64,000 nt of DNA from Desulfatiglandales bacterium (GCA_963662465.1 OY759599.1:4384001-4448000), one strand, 5' to 3'. Positions 51,191-62,817 are shown, numbered from the stretch's first letter. Numbers and translations: made by a program. Notes: generated from the sequence alone by a model not told the origin.

Positions 51191-52753
51191 TTGTGCAATG
51201 TATCCCGGTTTAGCGGGACAAGGAGAAATAAGGTGCCAAAACGAACACCGCGCTGGGTGGTTCTCAGCTGTTCGGCCCTCCTCATTTTGGCGATGAACGG
51301 CTGCATGGTTGGACCGACTTATCACCCGCCGGATGTCTCCGGTTATACGAAACAAAAATGGCAGGCGTCCTTTTTGGAAGGCAGCGGAGCGCTGGACGGG
51401 CAAGCGCAACCGATGACGGTCTGGTGGCGCCAATTCAAGGACCCGGAGCTGAGCGGCCTGGTCGAAAAGCTCGTTGGTTCCAACCTTGCTCTGGCCGAGG
51501 CCAGGCAACGGATTGTCGAAGCCCGCGCCCGCAGGGGAATCGTGAATGCCGAGCGCCTGCCCCGAATGGATTTGACGGCAGATTACTTCCGGGCAGGTAC
51601 CGGGAAAGAAGCCTTAACGTTCCAGGGACCGCCCCCGGGCGAACAGATAAATCTCTATGCGGCCGGCGCTGTTGCCGGATGGGAACTCGACTTGTGGGGT
51701 CGGGTGGCGCACCTCATTGAATCCGCCGACGCTCAAATTGAAATCGGTTATGCGGACTACCATGATATGATGGTCTCTTTGGCCGCCGAACTGACCCTGG
51801 CCTACATCGATGCCCGAACCCTTCAGGCCCGACTGGAGATGGTGCGCCGCAATATCGTCCTGCAGGAGAAAACCGTGGCACTCTTCGAAACTCGATACCG
51901 AGCGGGAAACGGCGCACAGCTGCCGGTCGTACAGGCCAAACGGCTGCTGGAAAGCACGCGGGCATTTATCCCGGAATATAAGCGCGCGTTGACGGCGGCG
52001 GAGAATCGAATCAATGTGTTGCTCGGAAAACCACCGGAGGCAAACATTCTCAAACCAGGACCGTTGCCGTCGGTACCCCCTCTCATCGGTATCGGGCTTC
52101 CGGTGGATCTTCTGGTGCGGCGGCCCGACATCCGCGGGGCCGAACGCCGGTATGCCGCTGCGGTGGCCCAAATCGGCGCTGCCGAGGCGGATCAATATGT
52201 CCGGCTTTCGCTTTCAGGTACGCTGAAACTGCAGACCGACACCGTCGGCGCGCTGCTGGGCAAAGACGCCATCGTCTACATGCTGAGCCCTGGCCTTCAA
52301 TTTCCACTTTTCTCCGGAGGCCGAATCCGCGGCAATATCCAGGTTCGCCAATCCCAGGCGGAACAGGCACGGCTTGCGCTCGAGCAAAAAATCCTTGAAG
52401 CGCTTGCCGAGGTCGAGAACGCCGCCTTCGGCGTGGTTCGAAGCCAGGAGCAGGTGATCAACTTGACAGCCGCACAAAAAGCCGCCCAACAGAGCGTCCA
52501 CCTGACCGATACCCTTTACAGGGCCGGGTTGGACAATTTTTTTCAGGTCATTGACGCCGAAGAAAAGCTCGTTGCCCTGCAGGAGGATCTTCTTCTGACC
52601 AGGCAGAAAGCGCTGGCCCAGGTGGTCCAGCTCTACAGAGCCCTGGGCGGCGGCTGGCAGGTTCTGGAATCCCCGGAAGGGGATGGCGCTTCAACGGTGG
52701 AAGCGCCATCCCCAAAACCCCATAACACGGAAAGTGGAGCCTCAGCACGATGA
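51191..52753 (+). CDS. Efflux outer-membrane lipoprotein (NodT/TolC family)
   Basis: Lipobox NGC, WELDLWGR, RRPDI, LYRALGGGW; start codon uncertain. Confidence 0.9.
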   Translation: MCNVSRFSGTRRNKVPKRTPRWVVLSCSALLILAMNGCMVGPTYHPPDVSGYTKQKWQASFLEGSGALDGQAQPMTVWWRQFKDPELSGLVEKLVGSNLALAEARQRIVEARARRGIVNAERLPRMDLTADYFRAGTGKEALTFQGPPPGEQINLYAAGAVAGWELDLWGRVAHLIESADAQIEIGYADYHDMMVSLAAELTLAYIDARTLQARLEMVRRNIVLQEKTVALFETRYRAGNGAQLPVVQAKRLLESTRAFIPEYKRALTAAENRINVLLGKPPEANILKPGPLPSVPPLIGIGLPVDLLVRRPDIRGAERRYAAAVAQIGAAEADQYVRLSLSGTLKLQTDTVGALLGKDAIVYMLSPGLQFPLFSGGRIRGNIQVRQSQAEQARLALEQKILEALAEVENAAFGVVRSQEQVINLTAAQKAAQQSVHLTDTLYRAGLDNFFQVIDAEEKLVALQEDLLLTRQKALAQVVQLYRALGGGWQVLESPEGDGASTVEAPSPKPHNTESGASAR

Positions 52754-53817
52754 AACGAGTTCTCAAAAAGGTCATTCCAGCGGCTATGCTCATAGCGATC
52801 GGGATTTTGGGCGGCTGGTGGCTGTTCAAAATGGAGAAGCACAAATCCGAGACCGAAATTACGCTTTACGGCAATATCGATATCCGGAACGTGGCGTTGG
52901 CCTTTAACGAGACGGAGCGCATTACCGCGGTTTTGGTGGAAGAGGGCGATTGCGTCGAGCCGGGCCGGATTCTGGCGCGGCAGCAAACCAACCGCATGGA
53001 GGCCCAAATCAGGGAGATGCAGGCTCGGGTCGCCGCCCAGCAACAGGTGGTCAATCGCTTTAAAGCCGGTACCCGCCCGCAGGAGATTGACCAGGCACGG
53101 GCCGAGGTGAATGCCGCCAGGGTCAGGGCCGCAAATTCCAGACGGAATCTTGAGCGCATCCGGAAAACGGCGGGAACCGGGGCCACGAGTCGGCAAGCCG
53201 AGGACGATGCCCGAGCACAGACCGATGTGGACGATGCCCAGCTCAAGGTGAAGGAAAAGGCCCTCAACCTGGCGCTGGAGGGACCTCGAAAAGAAGATAC
53301 GGCCGCCGCCGAAGCAACGCTTGCGTCCCTCAAGGCTTCGCTTATGCTCTTGAATATAAGGCTTGCGGATATGACCCTGACGGCGCCGGCCACGGGTGTG
53401 ATCCAGAACCGGATACTGGAACCGGGAGATATGGGGGGCCCTACCCGACCGGTGTTCACGCTGGCGTTGATCAATCCCAAGTGGGCTCGGGCTTATGTGC
53501 CGGAGCCGGATCTGGGCCTCATTCATCTGGGCATGAAAGCCGGGATACTGAGCGATTCGTTCCCGGATCGCACCTTTGAAGGTTGGATCGGCTTTATTTC
53601 CCCCGTCGCCGAATTTACACCGAAGACCGTGGAGACCACGGATTTGCGGACTAAGCTGGTGTATGAAGTCAGGGTATACGTACACGATCCCAAAGATCTG
53701 CTCCGTCTGGGAATGCCGGTCACGGTCATCGTGAAAAAAACCGTTTCGGACACCCCCTCCCGACAGGGAAACGCCGCGCCTCCCAAGACATCCGCACCGG
53801 CCGATGCCGATGACTGA
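52750..53817 (+). CDS. Membrane fusion protein (YbhG/HlyD-like)
   Basis: LYGNIDIR; FISPVAEFTPKTVET...LVY. Confidence 0.9.
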   Translation: MKRVLKKVIPAAMLIAIGILGGWWLFKMEKHKSETEITLYGNIDIRNVALAFNETERITAVLVEEGDCVEPGRILARQQTNRMEAQIREMQARVAAQQQVVNRFKAGTRPQEIDQARAEVNAARVRAANSRRNLERIRKTAGTGATSRQAEDDARAQTDVDDAQLKVKEKALNLALEGPRKEDTAAAEATLASLKASLMLLNIRLADMTLTAPATGVIQNRILEPGDMGGPTRPVFTLALINPKWARAYVPEPDLGLIHLGMKAGILSDSFPDRTFEGWIGFISPVAEFTPKTVETTDLRTKLVYEVRVYVHDPKDLLRLGMPVTVIVKKTVSDTPSRQGNAAPPKTSAPADADD

Positions 53818-55666
53818 TCCCCTCGGTTCAGGAAAGACAGAGGGCGTTATGGAGAGGCAGTCCAGCCTACAGAGCGCGGCCGCGGCGGAGGTGGTGCTGG
53901 CGGTCCGGGACCTGAAAAAGGAATTTTCCGCCAGGAAGGGTCCCATGATTCGGGCCTTGCGCGGCGTTTCCATGGAAGCCCGCCGCGCACAGGTCACGGG
54001 ACTTGTGGGCGCGGACGGCGCCGGCAAAACCACCCTGATCCGCATGGCCGCGGGCCTCCTTGTTCCCACGGCCGGGTCCGTCACCGTCCTGGGGCTGGAC
54101 AGCGTGGCGCAAAGCATCGACATTCAGAGCCGTGTGGGCTATATGCCCCAGAAATTCGGCCTGTACCAGGACCTGACCGTGGCGGAGAACATGGCGTTGT
54201 ATGCCGATCTTCAAGGAGTGCCCCGCTCCGAGCGCAGTGAGCGCTACCGCCGTTTGCTCCATATGACCGGCCTCGGCGCGTATACCCGGCGCATGGCCGG
54301 TGCGCTTTCCGGCGGCATGAAGCAGAAGCTGGGGCTGGCCTGCTGCCTGATCAAATCGCCCGCCATGCTTTTATTGGATGAACCGACCGTGGGGGTGGAT
54401 CCGGTCTCGCGCAGGGAGCTGTGGACCATCGTCTATGAACTGATCGACAAAGACGGCATCGGCGTGTTGTTGTCAACCGCTTATCTGGACGAGGCGGAGC
54501 GATGCAGCCATATCATCGTATTGCATGAAGGCGCGGTGCTGGCCGAAGGAACACCCGGTCAATTCAAAGAGCGGGTGGCGGGCAGGGTGCAACTGGTAAC
54601 GCCGCCTCCGGGCATCAAACCCCGTCAGATACAGGCGCGCCTTGCGGGCAGGGTGCATATTGTGGATGCCACGATCCGTTCCGGTCGGGTGCGCGCCGTG
54701 AGCGATGCCGCCGCATCGCAAGTGGTGGCCGAGGCCCTGCCCGAGCCGTGGCGAGGCGGTATCCGGGAGACGCAGCCAACCTTCGAAGATGCATTTATGA
54801 CCATCATTCCGCACCCCGGCTTTCTGGAAGCCGACAGCGCCGGGCCCTCTTCCGGCGCAACAACCCCCGAAGCGGAAAAGGGCGTAAGCGAAAAAGGCGA
54901 ACAACCGATCGTCACAACCCGTGATCTGCAGAAGTTTTTCGGTCAGTTCGAGGCGGTCAAACGACTTACTTTCGAAGTACGGCGCGGTGAGATATTCGGC
55001 CTGCTGGGCCCCAACGGCGCCGGGAAAAGCACCACCTTCCGAATGCTGTGCGGACTGTTGAAAGTCAGTGCCGGGGAGATCAGCGTGGCCGGGCATGATT
55101 TACGTCGCGCCAGCTCCCGTGCCCGCGCCAGCCTGGGATACATGGCCCAGCAGTTCTCCCTCTACGGCCAGCTCAGCGTAGAGGAAAACCTGCGGTTTTT
55201 CGGCAGGGCTTATGGCCTTGACGCCGATCGGCTCCGTCTTCGGCTGGAATGGGCCTTTTCGGAATTCGGGCTCGGAAAGTGGCGCGACAATGCCGCAGGC
55301 AGCCTCCCTGGGGGTTATAAACAACGCCTGGCCATGGCCGCGGCCCTGCTGCACGATCCGGATATTCTCTTCCTGGACGAACCGACCTCCGGGGTGGATC
55401 CTTTTGCCCGGCGGGAGTTCTGGCTCAGGATAAATAATTTTGCCGAAAAGGGGGTTACCGTGGTGGTGACGACCCATTTCATGGAAGAATCCGAGTACTG
55501 CGACCGGATGTTGATCATGAGCCGGGGGGAAGCGCTGGCCATGGGCACGCCGACGGAAATCCGGGCATTGGCCCGTTCGGAGAAAAACCCCGAGCCGACC
55601 ATCGAAGATGCGTTCATCGCCCTGGCGGAAGGCAGCCTTAGCGGCCATGCGGGGGCGTCAAAATGA
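53804..55666 (+). CDS. Dual-domain ABC ATPase (YbhF-like)
   Basis: Two Walker A motifs; LSGGMKQKL. Confidence 0.9.
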   Translation: MPMTDPLGSGKTEGVMERQSSLQSAAAAEVVLAVRDLKKEFSARKGPMIRALRGVSMEARRAQVTGLVGADGAGKTTLIRMAAGLLVPTAGSVTVLGLDSVAQSIDIQSRVGYMPQKFGLYQDLTVAENMALYADLQGVPRSERSERYRRLLHMTGLGAYTRRMAGALSGGMKQKLGLACCLIKSPAMLLLDEPTVGVDPVSRRELWTIVYELIDKDGIGVLLSTAYLDEAERCSHIIVLHEGAVLAEGTPGQFKERVAGRVQLVTPPPGIKPRQIQARLAGRVHIVDATIRSGRVRAVSDAAASQVVAEALPEPWRGGIRETQPTFEDAFMTIIPHPGFLEADSAGPSSGATTPEAEKGVSEKGEQPIVTTRDLQKFFGQFEAVKRLTFEVRRGEIFGLLGPNGAGKSTTFRMLCGLLKVSAGEISVAGHDLRRASSRARASLGYMAQQFSLYGQLSVEENLRFFGRAYGLDADRLRLRLEWAFSEFGLGKWRDNAAGSLPGGYKQRLAMAAALLHDPDILFLDEPTSGVDPFARREFWLRINNFAEKGVTVVVTTHFMEESEYCDRMLIMSRGEALAMGTPTEIRALARSEKNPEPTIEDAFIALAEGSLSGHAGASK

Positions 55667-56796
55667 CGGCGCGCGCACTCTTTTTTATGCGTCTGTGGGG
55701 ATTTCTACGCAAGGAAATGCTCCAGATCCGACGTGATCCCAGCAGCATTGCCCTGGCCATTGTTCTGCCTCTGGTATTGCTTTTCATTTTTGGGTACGGG
55801 GTATCGCTGGATGCCGAGAACGTGCCCATTGCCATTGTACTCGACGACAACGGTCCGGCGGCCCGGCAGCTGGCTGCGCATTTTCATCTGTCCCCCTATT
55901 TCAAAGCCGACTACTTGAAATGCATGCCTGAAGCGATGGCTCTGCTCAACCGGGGGATCGTTGACGGCATTGTACACGTGCAGAGCGATTTTGCGTCCCG
56001 GCTGGATACGTGGCATCAAGCGCCGGTGCAACTGATTGTAAACGGCATCGATGCCAACCGTGCCCGCTTGACCCAGGGATATGCCCGGGGCGTGCTGCAA
56101 ACATGGACGGCAGTGCGTCGTGCGCAAGGTGAAGCGACGGCCGTCCCCGCCGTGGAGGTTACCCAACGGATCTGGTTCAACGAGGCGGCCGTCAGCCGGA
56201 ATTTTCTCGTGCCGGGACTCATCACCCTCATCATGACGCTGAGCGGAATCCTTTTGACCTCGCTGGTGGTGGCCCGCGAATGGGAACGGGGGACCATGGA
56301 GGCCATTCTGGTCACCCCGCTTCGCAGGATCGAACTGCTGCTGGGCAAGATATTGCCGTATTTTCTGCTGGGCATGCTGGGCATGGTTCTGTCCGTGGTG
56401 GTCGGCGCCACGCTTTTTCATGTACCGTTTCGTGGCTCCATGGGTGCGCTCATGGTATTGAGTGCGCTCTTCATGCTGGCTTCCATGGGTTTCGGGCTCT
56501 TCATATCGGCGGCCATTCGTGTCCAATTCGTGGCTGCCCAGATTTCCATTTTGGCGGGGTTTTTGCCCGCCTTATTTCTCTCGGGCCTTATTTTTGATCT
56601 GGAAAGCACCCCCGGCTTCATTCAAGTGATCAGCTATGTCGTCCCGGCACGATATTTCGTGACCATCAGTCATACCCTTTTCATGGCCGGCGATATCTGG
56701 CCGGTGCTGCTCCCCAACGCCCTGGCCCTGCTGGTCATGGCGGCGGTTTTTATCAGTCTCGCTTTTCGCAAAATCACCAAACGCCTGGAGGGTTGA
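55663..56796 (+). CDS. ABC-2 permease (YbhS-like)
   Basis: AREWERGTMEA. Confidence 0.9.
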   Translation: MTARALFFMRLWGFLRKEMLQIRRDPSSIALAIVLPLVLLFIFGYGVSLDAENVPIAIVLDDNGPAARQLAAHFHLSPYFKADYLKCMPEAMALLNRGIVDGIVHVQSDFASRLDTWHQAPVQLIVNGIDANRARLTQGYARGVLQTWTAVRRAQGEATAVPAVEVTQRIWFNEAAVSRNFLVPGLITLIMTLSGILLTSLVVAREWERGTMEAILVTPLRRIELLLGKILPYFLLGMLGMVLSVVVGATLFHVPFRGSMGALMVLSALFMLASMGFGLFISAAIRVQFVAAQISILAGFLPALFLSGLIFDLESTPGFIQVISYVVPARYFVTISHTLFMAGDIWPVLLPNALALLVMAAVFISLAFRKITKRLEG

Positions 56797-57917
56797 TGGA
56801 CAGCGTACGTCGCATTATCGCCTTGATGGTCAAGGAATTCTCCATGGTCCTGAAGGATCCCAAGAGCCGCTTTGTCATCATCGGCCCGCCGTTGATCCAG
56901 TTTTTCCTTTTCGGATATGCAGCGACCTATGATGTCACAAATGTCCGCTACGCGGTGTTCGACGAGTCCCGTACGTCTGAATCCCGGGAACTTTTGTCCC
57001 GGTTTAAAGGATCCGGGCATTTCGAGCTGACAAAGACCCTCTTAAGCGAAAATGAGATCCCCCTGGTCATCAACAGCCAGGAGGACCGGCTGGTTATTCA
57101 CATCGGCCCCCGGTTCAGCCGCAACCTTCATACCGGCCAGGCGGCGAAGGTACAGGTCATCGTGGACGGCCGCAATTCCAACGTGGCCCTGATCGCCCTG
57201 GGGTACATCGGCGCCATTGTCGAACAGTACAATCAAACCCTCGTCGAGACGGGCGTGGTCACCCTAAACGGTCCCGGCGTCTTGCTGGTAGACCGACCCT
57301 GGTTTAACGCCAATCTCCAGAGCCGGTGGTACATCGTATCGGCGCTTGGCGGCATCATCAGCATGGTGGTCGTCATGATTCTCACCAGCCTTTCGGTGGC
57401 ACGGGAGCGCGAATTCGGTACGTTTGACCAACTGCTGGTCGCACCGTTCATGCCCGGCGAAATTCTCATCGGCAAATCTCTGCCCGCCATGTTCTTCGGT
57501 CTCATGGATGCGCTGATATTCTGCCTGGGTGCGGTTCATTGGTTCGGGGTACCGTTTCGCGGAACCGTAACGGCTCTCATCCTGGCCTTTTCGTGTTTCA
57601 TCATTACCATGGTGGGGGTGGGGTTGTTGATTTCGTCTCTTTCCATGACCATGCAGCAAGCGCTTCTCGGGTCCTTTATCTTCATGATGCCATCGGTCAT
57701 CCTTTCCGGTTTCGCCACTCCCATAAAGAACATGCCCAACTGGCTCCAGATCGGCACACTGATCAATCCCATGCGCCATATTATCATCGCACTGCGCAAT
57801 ATATTTCTGGAAGGCGCCGGGGCCGGATTAGTCTGGCCACAGATCTGGCCGCTTTTGCTGATCGCATTTTTCACACTGTCGCTGGCGGCGTGGCTGTTTC
57901 GGCACCGATCGCAGTGA
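56793..57917 (+). CDS. ABC-2 permease (YbhR-like)
   Basis: AREREFGTFDQL. Confidence 0.9.
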   Translation: MMDSVRRIIALMVKEFSMVLKDPKSRFVIIGPPLIQFFLFGYAATYDVTNVRYAVFDESRTSESRELLSRFKGSGHFELTKTLLSENEIPLVINSQEDRLVIHIGPRFSRNLHTGQAAKVQVIVDGRNSNVALIALGYIGAIVEQYNQTLVETGVVTLNGPGVLLVDRPWFNANLQSRWYIVSALGGIISMVVVMILTSLSVAREREFGTFDQLLVAPFMPGEILIGKSLPAMFFGLMDALIFCLGAVHWFGVPFRGTVTALILAFSCFIITMVGVGLLISSLSMTMQQALLGSFIFMMPSVILSGFATPIKNMPNWLQIGTLINPMRHIIIALRNIFLEGAGAGLVWPQIWPLLLIAFFTLSLAAWLFRHRSQ

Positions 57918-58158
57918 TCAGAGGAAATAGCCGAAAACCCTATTTTTTTGTGATGGAGGGATCAAATAACGATGAGATTCCGGTGTATAATCTTTTTTCC
58001 CGCTGTCACCGGCTTTACACAAGGTTCCAGCATGTCCGGCGACCTGAAAGACCCGGGGAAAATCCGGCCCCACCCACAACCCGCGCAGGGCGGTTCTCCT
58101 TTCGCTGATCATCGCCATTGCGACCATTGGGCTGGGCCGGCTCAATATCATCGCTCCG

Positions 58159-59451
58159 GTGGTATCGATGTTCTTCCTGATATCCTATGGGTTGCTCAAT
58201 TACGCCACCTATTATGAAGCCCGATCGGAGAGCCCTTCCTTCAGGCCCCGGTTTCGATGGTACCACAAAAATGTCAGTCTTATCGGCGGAGTGGCTTGTC
58301 TCGGCGCCATGATGACCATCGATGTGACGGCGGGGACCATTTCGACGGTCGTACTCTTTGCCATCTATCAGTACCTCAAGCGCACCTCGGGGCCCGCGCG
58401 TTGGGCGGACAGCCGGCGTGCCTATCACCTCCAGCAGGTCCGTGAACATCTTCTGGCGGCGGATGCGGACCCAGACCACCCCCGAAGCTGGCGCCCCCAT
58501 GTACTGCTGTTTTCCGACGATTCCAAACACCGTAAGCGGCTTTTCGACTTTGCATCCTGGGTTCAGGGCCAGAGCGGATTCACGACAGCGGTCCAAATTC
58601 TTGAAGGGCAAGGCGCTAAAATTCTCAAAGAAAAGAAGGCAACCGAAGACGACCTGCGAAAAGATATTCAGGAACACGGGATCGCCGCATTTCCCCTCGT
58701 GGTCGCGGCCCCGGATCTCATGATGGGCGCTTATTCCCTGATCCAGGCTTTCGGTGTCGGGCCCCTCAAAGCCAACACCATCCTGTTGAACTGGGTGGAA
58801 CAGACCCCTTCGGAAGACCTTGAAGAGCGCGAAAACCGGTTCGGCCGAAATCTGCGCATCGCCTATTCGCTCGGGCGCAATATTGTGATCCTTTGTGCCA
58901 AACACACCGCATGGGAAACTTTGAAAACAGTTCCCCGGGAAAACCGTCGCATCGACGTCTGGTGGTGGGGGGATGCCACCAGCCGGTTGATGCTCCTTTT
59001 TGCGTATATGATGACCAGGAGCAAAGAATGGGAAGACGCCAAGATCCGGTTGCCGGCAGTTTGCATGGCGCCGGAATCCGATGGAACCGTTCAGGAGATT
59101 CGCGACGTACTCGATGATATCCAGATCGATGCGGAGCCGGAAGTGGTCATCCAGCCGAGTGCCGCGGACGCCGCAACCGATTCCCGGAAAATGGCGCTTA
59201 AAAATGGAAAAGCGGCGGAAAAAGCCTCTGACAAAGCAGACAAAAAACTTCGGAAGGTGGAAGAGGCCGCGAGTTCCAAAACAGACCCCGAGGAACTCAA
59301 GGAACTGAAAGCTGAAGCCGATGCAGCCGAGAAACAGGCCCATGAAGCCGCCCGAAAGGCGGCCAAGGCGGCGGCAAAGGCTGAAGACGCTGCGAAAAAA
59401 GCCGAAGCGTCCGGCGCCCCACTTCCGGATACCCAGAAAAATTCCGCTTAG
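58159..59451 (+). pseudogene. C-terminal part of a cation-chloride cotransporter/amino acid permease (SLC12-like)
   Basis: SMFFLISYGLLN, SPSFRPRF, WRPHVL, IDVWW; the N-terminal transmembrane region is missing. Confidence 0.7.
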
Positions 59452-59874
59452 TCCAACGTCCTTTGCCCATACGCTACTTTCAGCTTTGAGTATTTGGTCT
59501 TTGCTTGAAATTTGTCAGATTCTTTTTTTTTATGACAGGTGCTTTTGAATTTCCAGTGATTTCTAATGGCGGAATTGAGGTGTGTTGTACAACGAGAGGG
59601 ATGATTAGTTTAATGAACTGCGAATTCTGTGGTTTCTTTGTTGATTGTTTATGAGCTGCCTCCCTTGGTTAATATCCTGGAAATGGCGGCAATGAAAATG
59701 TGCGTTTATTTTTCTGTCAATGTTTGTTATTCAAAATTCCAGGCTGAAGCTGTCAAATGTTTCGTGCCGGATCATCAACGAAAAAGGTAAAATCGATCCA
59801 TCTCTTTATATATCTCCGTGGAAGGAAGCGATCATGACAATACCATTGTCGAAACAGCTGATGTATTAGTTGTC

Positions 59875-62025
59875 CTATTGTTTTAGTATTATTCTGGCAT
59901 CTACAACATCGAGTCCTTTTTCATAAAGAAGAACCGGGTTCAGATCCATTTCTTCAATTTCGGGGTAGGATTCAATAATCTCAGAGCACATGGAAATAAG
60001 CTTTCTCAATGTTGCTTTATCATATCCTTTTTGACCCCGCACTCCGTCTAAAAGCACGGAAGACCGTGTATCCTCCAGCATTCTTTTACAGGAAACCGGA
60101 GAAACCGGTAACACCCAGAAGGTGACATCTTTCATAATTTCAACCATGATACCGCCCAACCCGTACATGATCACCGGTCCGAACTGCTCATCTATTTTGG
60201 TGCCGATGATAATTTCAAGACCCTTCTGGGCCATTGGTGTAACAAGGACACCCCGGATGTCTGCATCTGGATTATAGGCCTTGGCACTTTTAATAATCTG
60301 TTGAAAGCCTTCTTTTACCTCACTTTCCGAACTCAGATTTAACTTAACTCCGCGGGCATCGCTTTTGTGCAGGATATCGGGTGAAACAATCTTTAGTACA
60401 ACGCTCCCTTTATGTTCTTTATTTCCAATAATTTTGCTTGCCATGGCCCAGGCGTCATCCTGATTTTTAGCCACCTGGCCTACCGATGTTGAGGCGCCAT
60501 GCAGCTTGATCAACTGTTTTGCTTCATGTTCTAAAAGGACATGACGGCCTTCTTTTTGAGCATTTTCAATAATCTGCCGGCCTTCTTTTCTGGCCTTGGC
60601 CCGCCAGTTAAAGACAAAATTGGTTTTCATATGGTATGAATTTAAAAATTTTCCATATTTACAGAGCGATGCCACACACTTACAGGAAACATCCAGAGAA
60701 TCATGAACCGGAATATCATAATGCCGAAGCAGATCCAGCGCCCTGGAGTCATATGAACTATATAGAGAATGTACGAAAATCGGTTTGTGTCTTTTTTTTA
60801 CCATTGCTCCGAATCGATGGGCCGCGGCTTCCTCTCCAATGGCAAGGCTTTTTTCAAACCGGATGCCATATCCCCCAAAAAGCCCAACGACCAATAAACC
60901 ACCGACATTGGGATCATTGAGTATGATCTTGGCACAATCCGCAAACAGACTTGGATCAGAATCCGTACCGCCCGCCACATCGACAGGATTCACAACAGAT
61001 GCGGCTTCAGGCAGAATTTTCCTTAATTTTCCCTTTGTTTTATCAGACAATTCAGGCAAATCAATCCCATAATCACTCAAAAGATCCGAGGCAATGGTGG
61101 CATGACCTCCGCCATCGGCAAGAATGGCAATGGTATTGGTTTTAATAGGGGGTTGACTGGAAAGGGTCTCTGCCACCGGAAACAGCTCATCTGAATTTTC
61201 AATCACAATAATACCGGCCCGGCCATAGGCCCGATTTGATACTTCACTCATCCCGGCTAAAGAGCCGGTATGTGAACCTGCCGATTTTTTACCCGTGGCG
61301 GACCTTCCGCTCTTTAGAAGTATAATCGGTTTTTCAATACTTGTTTTGTGGGCCTCCTGTAAAAATTTTCGTCCTTCACTCATACCCTCAACATACATCA
61401 GGATGGCTTTGGTCTCCGGATCATTTCTGAAAAATTCAAGATATTCATGAAACTTGATATCTGATTCATTACCAACGCCGACATAGTAGGTAAACCCTTC
61501 GTGTTTGCGGATCGTCGCCTCCGTGATAAGCGTCAGCGCCATGTTTCCGCTTTGACACAGCAAAGCGATGTTCCCCCTGGGGGGATTTTGAATGCCCACA
61601 AGGTTCATATTGGTTTTAAGATTGATCATTCCGGACGTGTTTGGCCCGATTAACCTGACACCGGTCTGTTTTGCCACGGTGACCGCTTCAAGTTCAAGTT
61701 CCTTCCCTTTGGCGCCCAGCTCCCTGAAACCACCGGCTATAATAATGGCGCCGGCGACCTTTTTTTCACCGCATTTTCTTAAAATTCCCGGGATTGTCCC
61801 GGCAGGTGTTGTAATCAAAGCAAGGTCAATGGGGGCATCAATTTGTGTAATATCTTTATAGCAGTTAAGTCCTAATATTTTATCTTCTTTTGGGTTTACG
61901 GGATAAATGTCCCCTTCAAAACCACCTGCCAAAAGAGTTTTAATGGCCTGGTAGCCCCGCTTGGTTTTATTTTTTGATGCACCGATAATGGCTACGGATT
62001 TGGCGTTGAGTACTCTATCTAACAT
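59875..62025 (-). CDS. ADP-forming acetate/acyl-CoA ligase (fused alpha-beta)
   Basis: CoA-binding IIGAS, GPNTSG, QSG, SHTGSLAG; ATP-grasp HKSD, FGPV, DLNP. Confidence 0.92.
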   Translation of the reverse strand: MLDRVLNAKSVAIIGASKNKTKRGYQAIKTLLAGGFEGDIYPVNPKEDKILGLNCYKDITQIDAPIDLALITTPAGTIPGILRKCGEKKVAGAIIIAGGFRELGAKGKELELEAVTVAKQTGVRLIGPNTSGMINLKTNMNLVGIQNPPRGNIALLCQSGNMALTLITEATIRKHEGFTYYVGVGNESDIKFHEYLEFFRNDPETKAILMYVEGMSEGRKFLQEAHKTSIEKPIILLKSGRSATGKKSAGSHTGSLAGMSEVSNRAYGRAGIIVIENSDELFPVAETLSSQPPIKTNTIAILADGGGHATIASDLLSDYGIDLPELSDKTKGKLRKILPEAASVVNPVDVAGGTDSDPSLFADCAKIILNDPNVGGLLVVGLFGGYGIRFEKSLAIGEEAAAHRFGAMVKKRHKPIFVHSLYSSYDSRALDLLRHYDIPVHDSLDVSCKCVASLCKYGKFLNSYHMKTNFVFNWRAKARKEGRQIIENAQKEGRHVLLEHEAKQLIKLHGASTSVGQVAKNQDDAWAMASKIIGNKEHKGSVVLKIVSPDILHKSDARGVKLNLSSESEVKEGFQQIIKSAKAYNPDADIRGVLVTPMAQKGLEIIIGTKIDEQFGPVIMYGLGGIMVEIMKDVTFWVLPVSPVSCKRMLEDTRSSVLLDGVRGQKGYDKATLRKLISMCSEIIESYPEIEEMDLNPVLLYEKGLDVVDARIILKQ

Positions 62026-62040
62026 AAGCTGTTTCCTTTG

Positions 62041-62814
62041 TTATTTTTTTCGTTGCTCAAAGCTTTCTAAAGACTGCTCTCTTTCTTTTGTTGAAACACA
62101 GGCCAGACAGCCTTCAACCTCATAATCCATCAATGCCTCGAGACTGCACTCGCCCTGGGCCATGAGAAAGCCCTTTTTGATGACTTTCAAGGAAAAAGAA
62201 GAATTAGCGGCAATCTTTTGGGCCATATCAATGGCCTCATCCATCAGTGCGTCCAGCGGTACGGCTTTGTTGACAAGGCCAATACGGGCAGCTTCAATGC
62301 CTGTAATGTTTTCCCCCGTAAACAATAGCTCTCTTGCCTTACCCGGCCCGACCAGATCCTGAACGAGACGAAATGCACCCCCTGTGACAGATGATATTAC
62401 TTTCGCCTCAGGGGATCCGATAAGAGCCTCTTCCGCTGCAATCCTGATATCACAGGCCAGAGCGAGCTCATACCCGGAACCCAGTGCATAGCCATTAATT
62501 GCCGCAATGGTTGGTTTTTCAAACCGGATGATCTTTCTGGATGCTTCCTGCAGGGATTCAAGGTATATTCTATAGTCTTCAATGCTTCTGTCTTTTGAAT
62601 CCTTAAGATCTGCCCCGGTTGAAAAAGCGCGGCCAACACCTGTGATAATAAGAGCCTTTACATTATTGTCCTGTTTTACCGTCTCAAGGGCATCCTGCAT
62701 CTCAATCCAGAGCTGCCGGTTCATGGCATTGAGCACTTTGGGCCTGTTCAACTTGATCAGTCCGATCATGTTGTTTTTTTCATAAATAATACATTCATAA
62801 CGCATGAGATTCAC
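62041..62814 (-). CDS. Enoyl-CoA hydratase/isomerase
   Basis: AFSTGADL; AAINGYALGSGYELALACD. Confidence 0.92.
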   Translation of the reverse strand: MNLMRYECIIYEKNNMIGLIKLNRPKVLNAMNRQLWIEMQDALETVKQDNNVKALIITGVGRAFSTGADLKDSKDRSIEDYRIYLESLQEASRKIIRFEKPTIAAINGYALGSGYELALACDIRIAAEEALIGSPEAKVISSVTGGAFRLVQDLVGPGKARELLFTGENITGIEAARIGLVNKAVPLDALMDEAIDMAQKIAANSSFSLKVIKKGFLMAQGECSLEALMDYEVEGCLACVSTKEREQSLESFEQRKK

Positions 62815-62817
62815 CTT

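Noticed and set aside
52633..59343. Long antisense ORFs (496 aa, 442 aa and others)
   Set aside because: They are shadow frames of GC-rich efflux and transporter genes and have no recognisable motifs.
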